A stretch of 15,999 nt of DNA from Candidatus Methylomirabilis sp. (GTDB lineage: Bacteria; Methylomirabilota; Methylomirabilia; Methylomirabilales; Methylomirabilaceae): assembly GCA_041498975.1 (NCBI GenBank), contig JBGQJI010000051.1, positions 1 to 15,999 on the forward strand, read 5' to 3'. The notes under the pieces were generated by a model that saw only the letters and a list, made by a program, of their open reading frames with translations, made no database searches and was not told the origin of the DNA. Below are positions 7,082-15,902 of the stretch, piece after piece. Numbering within the stretch: position 1 is the stretch's first letter; every line of letters begins with the position of its first letter. The position numbers were made by a program, and so were the translations under genes.

Positions 7082-8038
7082 CTAGCCGCACTCCCCCAAT
7101 CTTTTCAGAAGCCCCAAAATCTCATCTCTCGTCGGAAGCGATTCCTGCGTGCCGCGTTTGGTCGTGGCCAAGGCCCCGGCGGCGTTCGCAAAGCGCGCAG
7201 CTTCCTCCAAGAATCGGGCGTCCCGGAGGGCGCCCAGTGGCTCCCGAACGGCCAGCGCCGCGGCAAGCGCACCATTGAACGCGTCGCCGGCCGCGGTAGT
7301 ATCGATAACCCTGACCGGCACTGCCGGCAGATACCGGACGAACGATTCGGCGCACAGCAGCGCCCCCAAGGCGCCCAGCGTGACGATGACGACACGAGGG
7401 CCTCGAGCCAGCAGGGCTCTTGCCGCGTCTTCAGCGCCATTCGGATCGCGGACCACGATCCCTGTGAGGGCCTCTGCTTCGGTTTCGTTTGGCGTCAGCA
7501 GATCGATGTGACGGAGGAGACTCTCCGGCAAGGTGCACGCCGGCGCTGGGTTCAGGATCGTGGTCATCCCACATGCCCTCGCAAACCGCAACGCGCGCTC
7601 TACGGTGGCGATCGGAATCTCGAGTTGCAGGAGCATGAGGGCCCCAGAATCAAGGAATGTCTCGTTCCCATCGATCGTTCCGGGCAGGAGGGATCGATTA
7701 CTGCCCGGCGCCACGGCGATCTGATTCCGCCCCTGCCGATCGACGACGATGAGAGCAACGCCCGTCGGGGCCGAGTCATCCCGGAGCAGCCCCTCTGCTG
7801 GCAGGCCCGCTGCGACGAGGTCTCGATAGATCCGGTCACCGAAAGGATCGCGCCCGAGGTTCGCGAGGAACCGGACTTCGGCGCCGGCCCTGAGCGCCGC
7901 GATTGCCTGATTCGCCCCTTTGCCGCCATCCGCGAGGAGCAGCTCTCCACCAAGCACCGTCTCTCCCTCCCGCGGCAGGTGCTCCACGGCGACGGTCAGA
8001 TCGAGATTCGCACTGCCGATTACGACAACTGCCGGCAT
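7082..8038 (-). CDS. rbsK: Ribokinase (PfkB family)
   Basis: VVVIGSANLD, GGKGANQA, NPAPA, PNETEA, DTTAAGDAFNG. Confidence 0.93.
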   Translation of the reverse strand: MPAVVVIGSANLDLTVAVEHLPREGETVLGGELLLADGGKGANQAIAALRAGAEVRFLANLGRDPFGDRIYRDLVAAGLPAEGLLRDDSAPTGVALIVVDRQGRNQIAVAPGSNRSLLPGTIDGNETFLDSGALMLLQLEIPIATVERALRFARACGMTTILNPAPACTLPESLLRHIDLLTPNETEAEALTGIVVRDPNGAEDAARALLARGPRVVIVTLGALGALLCAESFVRYLPAVPVRVIDTTAAGDAFNGALAAALAVREPLGALRDARFLEEAARFANAAGALATTKRGTQESLPTRDEILGLLKRLGECG

Positions 8039-9006
8039 ACCCGCTCCAAGTAAAGATCCACGAATCGCCTGCTATCCACCTCCACGCACACCTGAAGGTT
8101 CGGCGGCTTCTTCCATCCCCCCTTGATCGGGCGCCTATCAGCGATCGTGCTCCCTTGGGAGGGCCCGGCCGCCGTTTCCACCTCGATATGAAATGGCCGG
8201 CGCCTCACGAGCGAGTGATCGATCACGATCCCGACGGCAAGCGGGTCGTGGAGTGGAATCGCAGCCAATCCCGTCCGCTCTTGTTCACGCCTCAATAGCC
8301 GTTGAGTCGAATCACAGACGAACTGGGTCACCCGATTCCCGATGGATCGAATTGATGCGTCGATCTTCTCCAGCGTGAGGATGGCCTGCTGCGTCACATC
8401 AAGCGGGACGAGGGTGATCGGAAGTCCCGAAGTAAAGGCGATCTCTGCCGCGTCGGGGTCTACGTACATGTTGAATTCTGCGCATGGCGTCACGTTGCCC
8501 GGCACCGCGATCGCTCCGCCCATGATGACGATCTCCTTGACCCTTGCCATCTTCGTCGGGGACGCAAGGATCGCCGTCGCCAGATTGGTGAGGGGGCCGA
8601 TGCAGACCAGGATGATCTCGCCCGGCGCGGAACCGATCAGTTCTGCGATCATCGCCGGAGCGTCCTCTCGCGTCACGGATCGTTTCGGGTCAGGGTACCG
8701 GGGCAGTCCCTCCCTGGTCCTAAAGCGGTATAGCTCACCTAACCCGTCCTCACCATGGTATTTGTGGGCCGTGAGGAGCACCTTCTTCAACGGGTGTCCG
8801 GCGCCTGCCACCACGGGGGGTCGTGGGTGGGAGTCGATCACGTCGAGGATCAAGCAGGCATTTCGCGCCGCCTGCCCCACCTCGACGTTGCCGGCCACGG
8901 TCGTGATCACCTCGACCGACAGCTCCGGCGAGGCGAGGGCCAGGATCAGCGCCAAGGCATCGTCGATGCCAGGATCCGTGTCGATGATCACGCGCGTCGG
9001 AGTCAT
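8020..9006 (-). CDS. Inosine/uridine-preferring nucleoside hydrolase (Rih family)
   Basis: DTDPGIDDA Ca-binding motif, HGEDGLG, GPLTNLA, AEFNMYVDPDAA, LHDPLAV; overlaps rbsK by 19 nt. Confidence 0.93.
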   Translation of the reverse strand: MTPTRVIIDTDPGIDDALALILALASPELSVEVITTVAGNVEVGQAARNACLILDVIDSHPRPPVVAGAGHPLKKVLLTAHKYHGEDGLGELYRFRTREGLPRYPDPKRSVTREDAPAMIAELIGSAPGEIILVCIGPLTNLATAILASPTKMARVKEIVIMGGAIAVPGNVTPCAEFNMYVDPDAAEIAFTSGLPITLVPLDVTQQAILTLEKIDASIRSIGNRVTQFVCDSTQRLLRREQERTGLAAIPLHDPLAVGIVIDHSLVRRRPFHIEVETAAGPSQGSTIADRRPIKGGWKKPPNLQVCVEVDSRRFVDLYLERVCRQLS

Positions 9007-9410
9007 TTCTTTTTTGTCCCGCCGCGATTGTACTCAAGTTCAGCCGAGCTTGCCAGATTGATGTTGGATTGCAATGCAACGTCTCCAATTGCGGGGCAGA
9101 GCTGGGCTAAATCCTATCCGCCAGGAAACCGGATTCCATATGCAGCGCAAAAGCCTCCGGATAGTTAGAGGTGGGTTACTAAGGTGTCAAAGGTGTGAGA
9201 GGAACGTCGCGTTTGGCAAGTAGATGATCGGGCTTTCAGCCCTGTACCCTTTGGTGCAGATTAGTAGTTGTAATCCACACGGGTCACCTGATCGTGGGAG
9301 GCGTTTGAGACAGAGCTTGACACCTTGCGGAGGCGAGATGGTGCCTTCGTAGGTAGTCGTGATGGTCCGCGGGTGAGCATAGGAGTTCAGCCCTCCCCCG
9401 CAAGTTCAGT

Positions 9411-9426
9411 TGGCGCACTATATGCA
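9411..9426 (+). promoter_or_regulatory. Putative sigma54 (-24/-12) promoter
   Basis: TGGCGC-ACTAT-ATGCA; exact GG-N10-GC spacing, close to the TGGCAC-N5-TTGCA consensus. Confidence 0.6.
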
Positions 9427-9501
9427 TAACGCCCTCTTGGGCCGACCCGGCCTGCGAGGGCGTTGGTACTTTAGGGCTCCGGGAGGGGAGGAGGCCCTGA
9501 T

Positions 9502-9567
9502 ATGAGGCGGGTGGGCCTGCAAAGGCTGAAGGACCTCCGCGACAAGACCTTCATCGGGTCACCATGA
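9502..9567 (+). CDS. Putative 21-aa small ORF (MRRVGLQRLKDLRDKTFIGSP)
   Basis: Strong SD GGGGAGGAGG 7 nt before ATG9502, downstream of the sigma54 motif; no recognisable homology. Confidence 0.3.
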   Translation: MRRVGLQRLKDLRDKTFIGSP

Positions 9568-9719
9568 TGCGGCCACGAGAGAGCCGCTGAGGCGGCCGTC
9601 GGAATAAGCGGAAGGTCGCTGTGACGCACGTCAGTAAGGAGCGGGGGACGGCACCGACACCCGGCTCAACACCAATGGACTTGGGCTAGAACAGCCCACC
9701 AGCAGGCAGGAGGAAACCG

Positions 9720-11825
9720 GTGTTGACAACACCGCACAGGATGGCACTGGGGGACCCGGAGCGTCGGGGCTGGGTGCCATTCTCTATTGATGGTCACGGT
9801 CCTCGATGGGCAGTTCGACTCTTGCTGGGTGTATGGCTTAGTCTAATATTGGTCGCTCGCCAAGGGAACGCAGCCGCCGAGGGGGTTCCAAGGGAGCTTT
9901 ATCAGAAAGCCTTTAGCGAGGGATCGGTAAGAGTGATTGCGCAGCTCCGGGTCCATACGACAGCGGAAGGACATCTTGAGGGCGCCCAAGCCGTAAGGTC
10001 ACAACGAAACGACATTGCTTCGGTTCGATCCACTGTACTCGCAGAGCTGGGAGGCAGTAGCCACCGAAAGATCCGAGAGTTCGAGACGATCCCCTTTGTG
10101 GCCTTGGAAGTGGGGCTTGATGCTCTATCCAAGCTTGAAGAGTCGATGAATGTCGTGGCGCTAGAGGAGGACCGCCTTGAGAGCCTCTTGCTAAGCCAAA
10201 GCGTCCCGCTCATAGGGGCCGACCAAGCCTGGACGGACGGCTTTGATGGCACGGGCATGGTGGTGGCCATTCTCGATTCCGGCGTCGATAAGACTCTTGC
10301 CTTCCTTTCAGGAAAGGTAGTGGAAGAGGCGTGCTTTTCCGCAAATGGGAGCTGCCCGAATGGTCTGAGCTCGCAGACCGGGAGCGGCGCAGGCGTCCCG
10401 TGCACCTATGCACCGAATGGCTGTCGGCACGGCACGTTCGTAGCTGGGATCGCGGCTGGGGCGGGGTCTAGTTTTTCTGGCGTGGCCAGGGGTGCCCGGC
10501 TTATCGTTGTTCAGGTTTTTTCTCGGTTTATAGGAGGCAATTGTACCGGCGAAGGCGAAGACCCCTGTGCGAAATCTTTTGTGTCCGATCAGATCGCGGG
10601 CCTGGAGCGGGTCTTTGCTCTGAGGGCTCAATACGCTATTGCAGCAGTCAACATGAGCATAGGCAGCGGAAGATTTACTTCTCCCTGTGACAGCACGCAA
10701 GCGGCCAGCAAGGCGGTGATCGACAACCTGCGGTCGGTAGGCATAGCCACAATCGTTGCATCAGGGAATGACGGATTCCCCGATGGCATCGATGCACCGG
10801 CCTGCATCTCCACCGCTATCAGTGTCGGGTCCAGCACCAAGGCCGATACTGTCTCGTCCTTCTCAAACTCTGCGTCCTTCCTTTCGCTCTTGGCCCCGGG
10901 GGAGTCGATCATCTCATTCGTCCCCGGCGGTGGCCTCGCCATCGGTAGTGGTACTTCGTTTGGGGCGCCCCACGTGACTGGGGCCTGGGCCATTCTGAAG
11001 CAAAGGAACCCTAGTGCAACGGTTGGTGAGGTGCTGGCGGCTTTGACGAGTACCGGGCTACCAATCACCGACCCGAAGAATGGCATCACCAAACCACGTA
11101 TTCGGGTAAACCTGGCCCTTCACACTTCTTCGCCGCTTGCCGCTCAAGCTTTCGTCACCCGCCTCTACGAGCAGGTCCTCAACCGCGAGCCTGACTCCGA
11201 CGGCCTGCAGGGCTTCATCGACCAGATCGCCGAGTTCGGCTCGGTGGTCCCGACCGTGCTCGCCTTCTTCCAGTCGCAGGAGTTCCTGGGCCGCAATACT
11301 TCCAACGCCCAGTTCCTCACGATCCTCTATCACACTTTCCTGGACCGGGACCCCGACCCCAGTGGCTTCAATGCCTTCCTCGCGGATCTGCAATCGGGCC
11401 TTCGGACCCGGGACAACCTCCTTGACATCTTCCTCGACTCGCACGAGTTCGCCAGCCTGGCGAGCTTCCTGCCGCCCCAGGACCCGGTGACCGCCTTCGT
11501 CACCACCCTCTACGTCCGGATCCTGGGTCGGGGGCCAGACCAAGCGGGCCTCCAGGGCTCCGTGACGCAGCTCGAGCAGACCCGCACGGTCTTGCCCACG
11601 GTGAACTGCTTCCTCGCCTCCCAGGAGTTCCTGGATCGCCACGCGACCAACACTGAGTTCGTCACGCTGCTCTACCGGGTCTTCCTCAACCGCGTTCCAG
11701 ATGCCGCTGGCCTGACGGGATTTGTGGCCACGCTCAACCAGGAGGCCGTCACTCGAGCCCAACTCGCGTCACAGTTCGCCGCTGCGCCCGAGTTCCAAGC
11801 AATCCAGCATCAGTTGTTCCCCTAG
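9720..11825 (+). CDS. Secreted S8 (subtilisin-like) serine peptidase with C-terminal DUF4214-like repeats
   Basis: AGGAGG RBS before GTG9720; hydrophobic signal-like segment; propeptide; triad ILDSG / HGTFVAG / GTSFGAPHV and oxyanion ASGND; four FV..LY...L.R.PD..G repeats. Confidence 0.9.
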   Translation: MLTTPHRMALGDPERRGWVPFSIDGHGPRWAVRLLLGVWLSLILVARQGNAAAEGVPRELYQKAFSEGSVRVIAQLRVHTTAEGHLEGAQAVRSQRNDIASVRSTVLAELGGSSHRKIREFETIPFVALEVGLDALSKLEESMNVVALEEDRLESLLLSQSVPLIGADQAWTDGFDGTGMVVAILDSGVDKTLAFLSGKVVEEACFSANGSCPNGLSSQTGSGAGVPCTYAPNGCRHGTFVAGIAAGAGSSFSGVARGARLIVVQVFSRFIGGNCTGEGEDPCAKSFVSDQIAGLERVFALRAQYAIAAVNMSIGSGRFTSPCDSTQAASKAVIDNLRSVGIATIVASGNDGFPDGIDAPACISTAISVGSSTKADTVSSFSNSASFLSLLAPGESIISFVPGGGLAIGSGTSFGAPHVTGAWAILKQRNPSATVGEVLAALTSTGLPITDPKNGITKPRIRVNLALHTSSPLAAQAFVTRLYEQVLNREPDSDGLQGFIDQIAEFGSVVPTVLAFFQSQEFLGRNTSNAQFLTILYHTFLDRDPDPSGFNAFLADLQSGLRTRDNLLDIFLDSHEFASLASFLPPQDPVTAFVTTLYVRILGRGPDQAGLQGSVTQLEQTRTVLPTVNCFLASQEFLDRHATNTEFVTLLYRVFLNRVPDAAGLTGFVATLNQEAVTRAQLASQFAAAPEFQAIQHQLFP
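11142..11822 (+). repeat. Internal tandem duplication of a ~115-aa DUF4214-like unit
   Basis: AQAFVTRLYEQVLNREPD (11142) and VTAFVTTLYVRILGRGPD (11487) are 345 nt apart; each unit has VxPTV..F..SQEFL.R...N..F.T.LY..FL.R.PD. Confidence 0.8.
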
Positions 11826-12206
11826 GAGTTGAAGGTTGCTGCGAGCCCTCGGTGCGAGTTACACCCCCGCAACCTACAGCGAGGGCCTGTGATTACTTCT
11901 CCCACTCTTAGCCGGTGCCGGTAGCAAACGCATTCCGTTCTTACATGCCGCCCTAGATAACTTCCGCTAGACGCTAGCTTGTAGGCTCGCCCGTGCCCAT
12001 CGCGCGGAGAGAGTCGTCCGAAGCTATCTACTCGGGGTGACCATCTTGATGAAGGGGGGATTCCCGTGATTCAAGGAGGCCTTTAACGGAGATGCGGCGT
12101 TGGGAAGGGCGGGCGGTCTCCTAATTGTCAATGCTGGTAAAGCCAAAAAGCCGGATTACGCTTCGGGAGTTAACCCTGCGGTCGCGAAAGGCTTCAAGGA
12201 GACGTC

Positions 12207-13169
12207 TCACAGGTATTGGCCGTAGCGGATCTTTTCGATCACCTCCTTGGTCCGGCGATACTGCTCGATCACCTTCTGGACGTCCTCGGTGGAAACCAGG
12301 CCGGGCTGCTGGCCGCTCCCCTCCAGCCGGACTTTCTCCTCCAACGCCCGCTGGATGATCTCGGCGATGTCGGCCCCGCTCAGCTTCACCATCCGGGCGA
12401 TGACCGCATCGTACTGCAGCTCCAGGAACAGCTTCCGCCCCGCCCTCGCCTCTGCCCTGGCCTGATGGATGCGAAAGATCTCCGCCTTCTCTTCCGCCTC
12501 TGGCAGTCCGACCTCGATAAAGCGGTCGATGCGCCCGGGCCGGACAAGCGCCGCATCGATGGCGTCGATCCGGTTGGTGGACGCCACAACCATCAGTTGT
12601 CCGGTGTCGCCCAGATCGTCCAGGTTCTCGGCCATGGTGTTGACCAGCCGCCCGCCCGCTGCCCTGGCCTCTTCGGGAAGGAAGAGCCGCTCGACGGAGA
12701 GGGCATCCAGTTCGTCGAGGAAGAGGACGGTTCGCCCGTTCTCCTTGACAGCGGTGAACACTTCCTGAAAGAGCTCTCCCGACTCGCCGCGTAACTTCGA
12801 CACGATATTGTTGAGTTTGAGGTGCAAGAAGACCGCCCCGGCCTCGCGGGCCAGCGCTTTGCTGAGGAGGGTCTTCCCGGTGCCGGCGGGGCCATACAGA
12901 AGCACCCCCTTCGGCGGCTTTGTCCCCCAGCGGAGATGGAGGTCCGGGGACTTCAAGGCAAAGACGAGTCCTTCGATCTCTCGTTTGGGACCTGCCAAGC
13001 CGCCGATTTCCTTCAGGGAGGTCTCGGGCGTCATGGTCATCTCGACCTTCCCGCGCAGGTCGCCGTATTTCTTTTCCAGCTTCACTAGGAAGTCTTCCAG
13101 CCGCCGCCGGAGCGCCTCGCGAGTGGCTGGAGGCGGAAGGCTCAATGGGCTCAATCGCTCTGGTTTCAT
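12207..13169 (-). CDS. Single-module AAA+ ATPase (Cdc48/PAN/ARC-like clade) with C-terminal GQYL proteasome-interaction motif
   Basis: IGGL, PKGVLLYGPAGTGKT (Walker A), LFLDELD (Walker B), STNRIDAIDAALVRPGRIDR (SRH), SGADI; ends RYGQYL*; GGAG RBS 9 nt before ATG13169 (320 aa). Confidence 0.9.
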   Translation of the reverse strand: MKPERLSPLSLPPPATREALRRRLEDFLVKLEKKYGDLRGKVEMTMTPETSLKEIGGLAGPKREIEGLVFALKSPDLHLRWGTKPPKGVLLYGPAGTGKTLLSKALAREAGAVFLHLKLNNIVSKLRGESGELFQEVFTAVKENGRTVLFLDELDALSVERLFLPEEARAAGGRLVNTMAENLDDLGDTGQLMVVASTNRIDAIDAALVRPGRIDRFIEVGLPEAEEKAEIFRIHQARAEARAGRKLFLELQYDAVIARMVKLSGADIAEIIQRALEEKVRLEGSGQQPGLVSTEDVQKVIEQYRRTKEVIEKIRYGQYL

Positions 13170-13234
13170 CGGCCTGATCTCCGAATGAGCTGGCACCATC
13201 GGGCTCGAGTCCCCTGCAAGCAAGGACCGGGCTG

Positions 13235-13263
13235 ATACTATGGTCTGACCTGAACGAAGGCAA
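13235..13263 (-). promoter_or_regulatory. Putative sigma70 promoter of the AAA+ ATPase gene
   Basis: On the minus strand, TTGCCT-N17-TAGTAT. Confidence 0.55.
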
Positions 13264-13286
13264 GCGAAAACGGGAGCGCGGGCTGT

Positions 13287-13565
13287 TCAGCGCTTCCAGC
13301 CTCGCTTGAGCCATTCATACCCTTCCCGCCCGCTCAGGTAGATCCCGGCGTAGAAGATGCCCCAGCTTAGGAGAGAGCTCAGAAGGGTGACGCCTATTTT
13401 CATTGTGTCTGAAAACGGAAGGAACGGAACCACAGAATAGGCCGGGTAGACCAGGAAGCTTGCAGACATCAGGGTGATGCCCGCGATGAACCGAGCACGA
13501 TGGAGGGCGCCCTTTGGTCGCCTCTCATCCCCACGAAAAACTTCAGGGTTTATGGAGTTCCTCAC
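13287..13565 (-). CDS. Small two-TM membrane protein (resembles 'transporter suffix domain' proteins)
   Basis: Two hydrophobic helices joined by VPFLPFS...K, then G..L.GREG and a basic C-terminus; start codon uncertain. Confidence 0.6.
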   Translation of the reverse strand: MRNSINPEVFRGDERRPKGALHRARFIAGITLMSASFLVYPAYSVVPFLPFSDTMKIGVTLLSSLLSWGIFYAGIYLSGREGYEWLKRGWKR

Positions 13566-13838
13566 GTGAACTCGAACCGCGGTCCGTCGACTTCAGATCG
13601 CCGAATCCTCTCGCCCGTGGCAACCCAAAGCGCGCAAGGCAGGCGTCCGATGCCGACTGGCCCGGCCACGGGATGACCCCTCTTCAAATTCCGGGACCCG
13701 GCATCGACGATGAGGGAGGATGGAACCCCCTGGGGTCTGGGCGGAACTCATAAGAAGCGGGTTCTGGCGCAAGACACCGTCGGGAAGAGATCCACAGGCC
13801 GAAACACCGGAAGGGCTGAGGGCACAAACCCGAAGGCG

Positions 13839-15902
13839 TCAGCTCCTGCTGGGGTGGATCGTTAGCTCCTGACCCACTCGGAGCTTGGCCCGTTGAGTCA
13901 GGTCATTCCAGCGGCGAAGCTCGTCCGGCGTAACGTCATGGGCTCTGGCGATCTCCCAGAGCGTATCGCCCCGCTTGACCCGATACCGAGCCGGCGTCCT
14001 CGTCGTGGGAGCAGGAGAACCAGCAGCAACCTCCACGCTCGGCCTCGCGATCTGAGTAACAACCCGCAACGGCTGTCCAGGTTGGAGCTTGGTCCCGTGT
14101 CCCAGGTCGTTCCACCGGCGCAACTCCTCGGGCGTCACGGCGTAGGCATTGGCGATGCCCCAGAGCGTGTCCCCGCGCTTGACGATGTGGATGGGGAAGC
14201 GGGCGGGAGCGGACGCCTTGGGAGCTGAGGCTGCCGCCGTCCTGGAGGGGGTGAGTGGACCGGAGGCGATGGCTGGACCCGCCGATCCGTTGCTTTGCGG
14301 TAGTTGAAGCACCACCCCCACCCTTAACGTGTCGCTGACTTTCATGCCATTCAGTCCAGCGAGCACGGCCGCGCTGGTCCGATGGCGGGACGCGATCTTT
14401 CCCAGCGTGTCGCCCGCCCTCACGAGATACTGCTGCCCAGGACCGCGGACAACCCCTCGGCTCCTCCCCTGAGCGGAGTCGAAGGAGCGACGTCTGGGAA
14501 GCTGATCCAGGTTGGCCATCAAGAGCGGCTTGGTTCCTGGCGGAAGGAGGATCTCAGAATACGAGGAGTTCGGAGGTGTGATCCCTCGAAGCATTGCCGC
14601 GTTCAGATCACGGATCTCGTCGGGGTGGACGTTCACAGCCCGCGCAATGGAAGGCAGCTCGATGGCGCCAGGGACTGTCGCCCGCTCCACTTCCCAGGGC
14701 GTTTCAGTCGGTGGAGTGAAGCCGTACTGCTGGGGATTCTTGGATATAATGGTGATGGCCATGAAGGCGGGGACGAAGAGCTGTGTTTCCCTCGGGAGCT
14801 TCAACGACCAGTAGTCGTTGATCCCCTGCCGATTGATGGCCCGCTGAACCCTCTGCTCTCCCGCGTTGTAAGCAGCCAGCGCAAGCTCCCAGGACTTGAA
14901 CATCCCGTAAAGGTCCCTCAGGTAGGCGGCAGCCGCCCTGGTCGCCTTCTCCGGGTCGCGGCGCTCATCGTACCAGTGGGTGACCTTCAAACTATACCGT
15001 TGCCCCGTCGATTTAATAAACTGCCAGATCCCCATCGCTTTCGCCCTGGAGAAGGCGCGATACTTGAAGCCGCTTTCGATATACGCTAGATTGACGAGGT
15101 CGAGCGGAAGGCCTTTTTCCTGGAAAATGCCCCGCATCATCGGCAGATATCGACCCGACCGCTGTAAGGCCTCGTTGATCAGTTTGAACTTCCGAGTCCG
15201 AAAGAACTCGATGTAGGCCTTCACCCTCTCGTTAAGCACGACCGGCACATCGTACAAGGCGATATCCGACACCGGCTCGGGCTGAACTTGGGTGGATTGG
15301 ACGGCAGGTTCTTCATCGGGATTCACCAGGTTAGGGGTCTCATCCGTATCGGCCTCGTCCTCTTCTTTGTCTGTCTGGCCATCTCCATCTGGAGAGACGG
15401 CAGAGAGCGCTGCCCTGAGGGCGGCCGTCTCCTCAACCAGCTTCAGGCGGAGGCCATCAGGGGCCGTCTCCTCCGGAAGCTTCGAGAGGATACCGATGGA
15501 AGCCTCCAGCTCTCCCTGCGCCTTCACCCGGTCTCCCGTCTCCAGCGCTTTCAGGCCCTGGGCTGAATGACTCAGCGCCTTCTGAAGGGCCTGTCCTGAG
15601 TCCAGTCGAAGCCCGTGCTGAGTCTCGTCGAAGCGGGCCTGCTCCTGTTCGCTTTGCCGGGAGATGGCAGTATCCGAAACGGCTGTCGGAGGAGGGAGGG
15701 TCTGAGCATTTTTCGATGAGAAGAGAGCGGTGGCAATCTGATTCCCGGAGCGATTCAGCGGCTCTTGCGTCGGGGCGGGGCTGCTGACGCTGGCCGAATC
15801 CTCGGAAGGGGTGGCAGGGGTGGAAATCAGGAGCGGCAAGAGAAGGGTGAGGGTGGCGGCGACCACCACTCCCATGGGCCTTCGGAAGAACCGAGCACTC
15901 AT
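13839..15902 (-). CDS. mltD: MltD-like lytic murein transglycosylase with three C-terminal LysM domains
   Basis: SLT motifs YIESGF (catalytic Glu), [21 protein letters not shown]; LysM repeats [30 protein letters not shown]-terminal signal-like helix; AGGAGG RBS. Confidence 0.9.
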   Translation of the reverse strand: MSARFFRRPMGVVVAATLTLLLPLLISTPATPSEDSASVSSPAPTQEPLNRSGNQIATALFSSKNAQTLPPPTAVSDTAISRQSEQEQARFDETQHGLRLDSGQALQKALSHSAQGLKALETGDRVKAQGELEASIGILSKLPEETAPDGLRLKLVEETAALRAALSAVSPDGDGQTDKEEDEADTDETPNLVNPDEEPAVQSTQVQPEPVSDIALYDVPVVLNERVKAYIEFFRTRKFKLINEALQRSGRYLPMMRGIFQEKGLPLDLVNLAYIESGFKYRAFSRAKAMGIWQFIKSTGQRYSLKVTHWYDERRDPEKATRAAAAYLRDLYGMFKSWELALAAYNAGEQRVQRAINRQGINDYWSLKLPRETQLFVPAFMAITIISKNPQQYGFTPPTETPWEVERATVPGAIELPSIARAVNVHPDEIRDLNAAMLRGITPPNSSYSEILLPPGTKPLLMANLDQLPRRRSFDSAQGRSRGVVRGPGQQYLVRAGDTLGKIASRHRTSAAVLAGLNGMKVSDTLRVGVVLQLPQSNGSAGPAIASGPLTPSRTAAASAPKASAPARFPIHIVKRGDTLWGIANAYAVTPEELRRWNDLGHGTKLQPGQPLRVVTQIARPSVEVAAGSPAPTTRTPARYRVKRGDTLWEIARAHDVTPDELRRWNDLTQRAKLRVGQELTIHPSRS

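Noticed and set aside
9565..9567. Selenocysteine readthrough of the small ORF's TGA
   Set aside because: No convincing bacterial SECIS and no selenoprotein-like context.
306..13169. MoaD-like Ubls plus the GQYL ATPase as a single ubiquitin-like degradation system
   Set aside because: They are about 10 kb apart with unrelated genes between them, no E1 or JAMM gene is present, and the Ubls are better explained by W/Mo cofactor context.
13554..13590. tRNA/tmRNA 3' end (CGCGG-TTCGAGT on the minus strand), or an HDV-like ribozyme in the adjacent pseudoknot
   Set aside because: The T-stem is mismatched, there is no properly placed acceptor stem or cloverleaf, and the HDV P3/L3 element is missing.
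13880..14190. Near-identical DNA segments in the 3' part of mltD as a repeat array or CRISPR
   Set aside because: They are the two terminal LysM domains in frame; there is no repeat-spacer structure.
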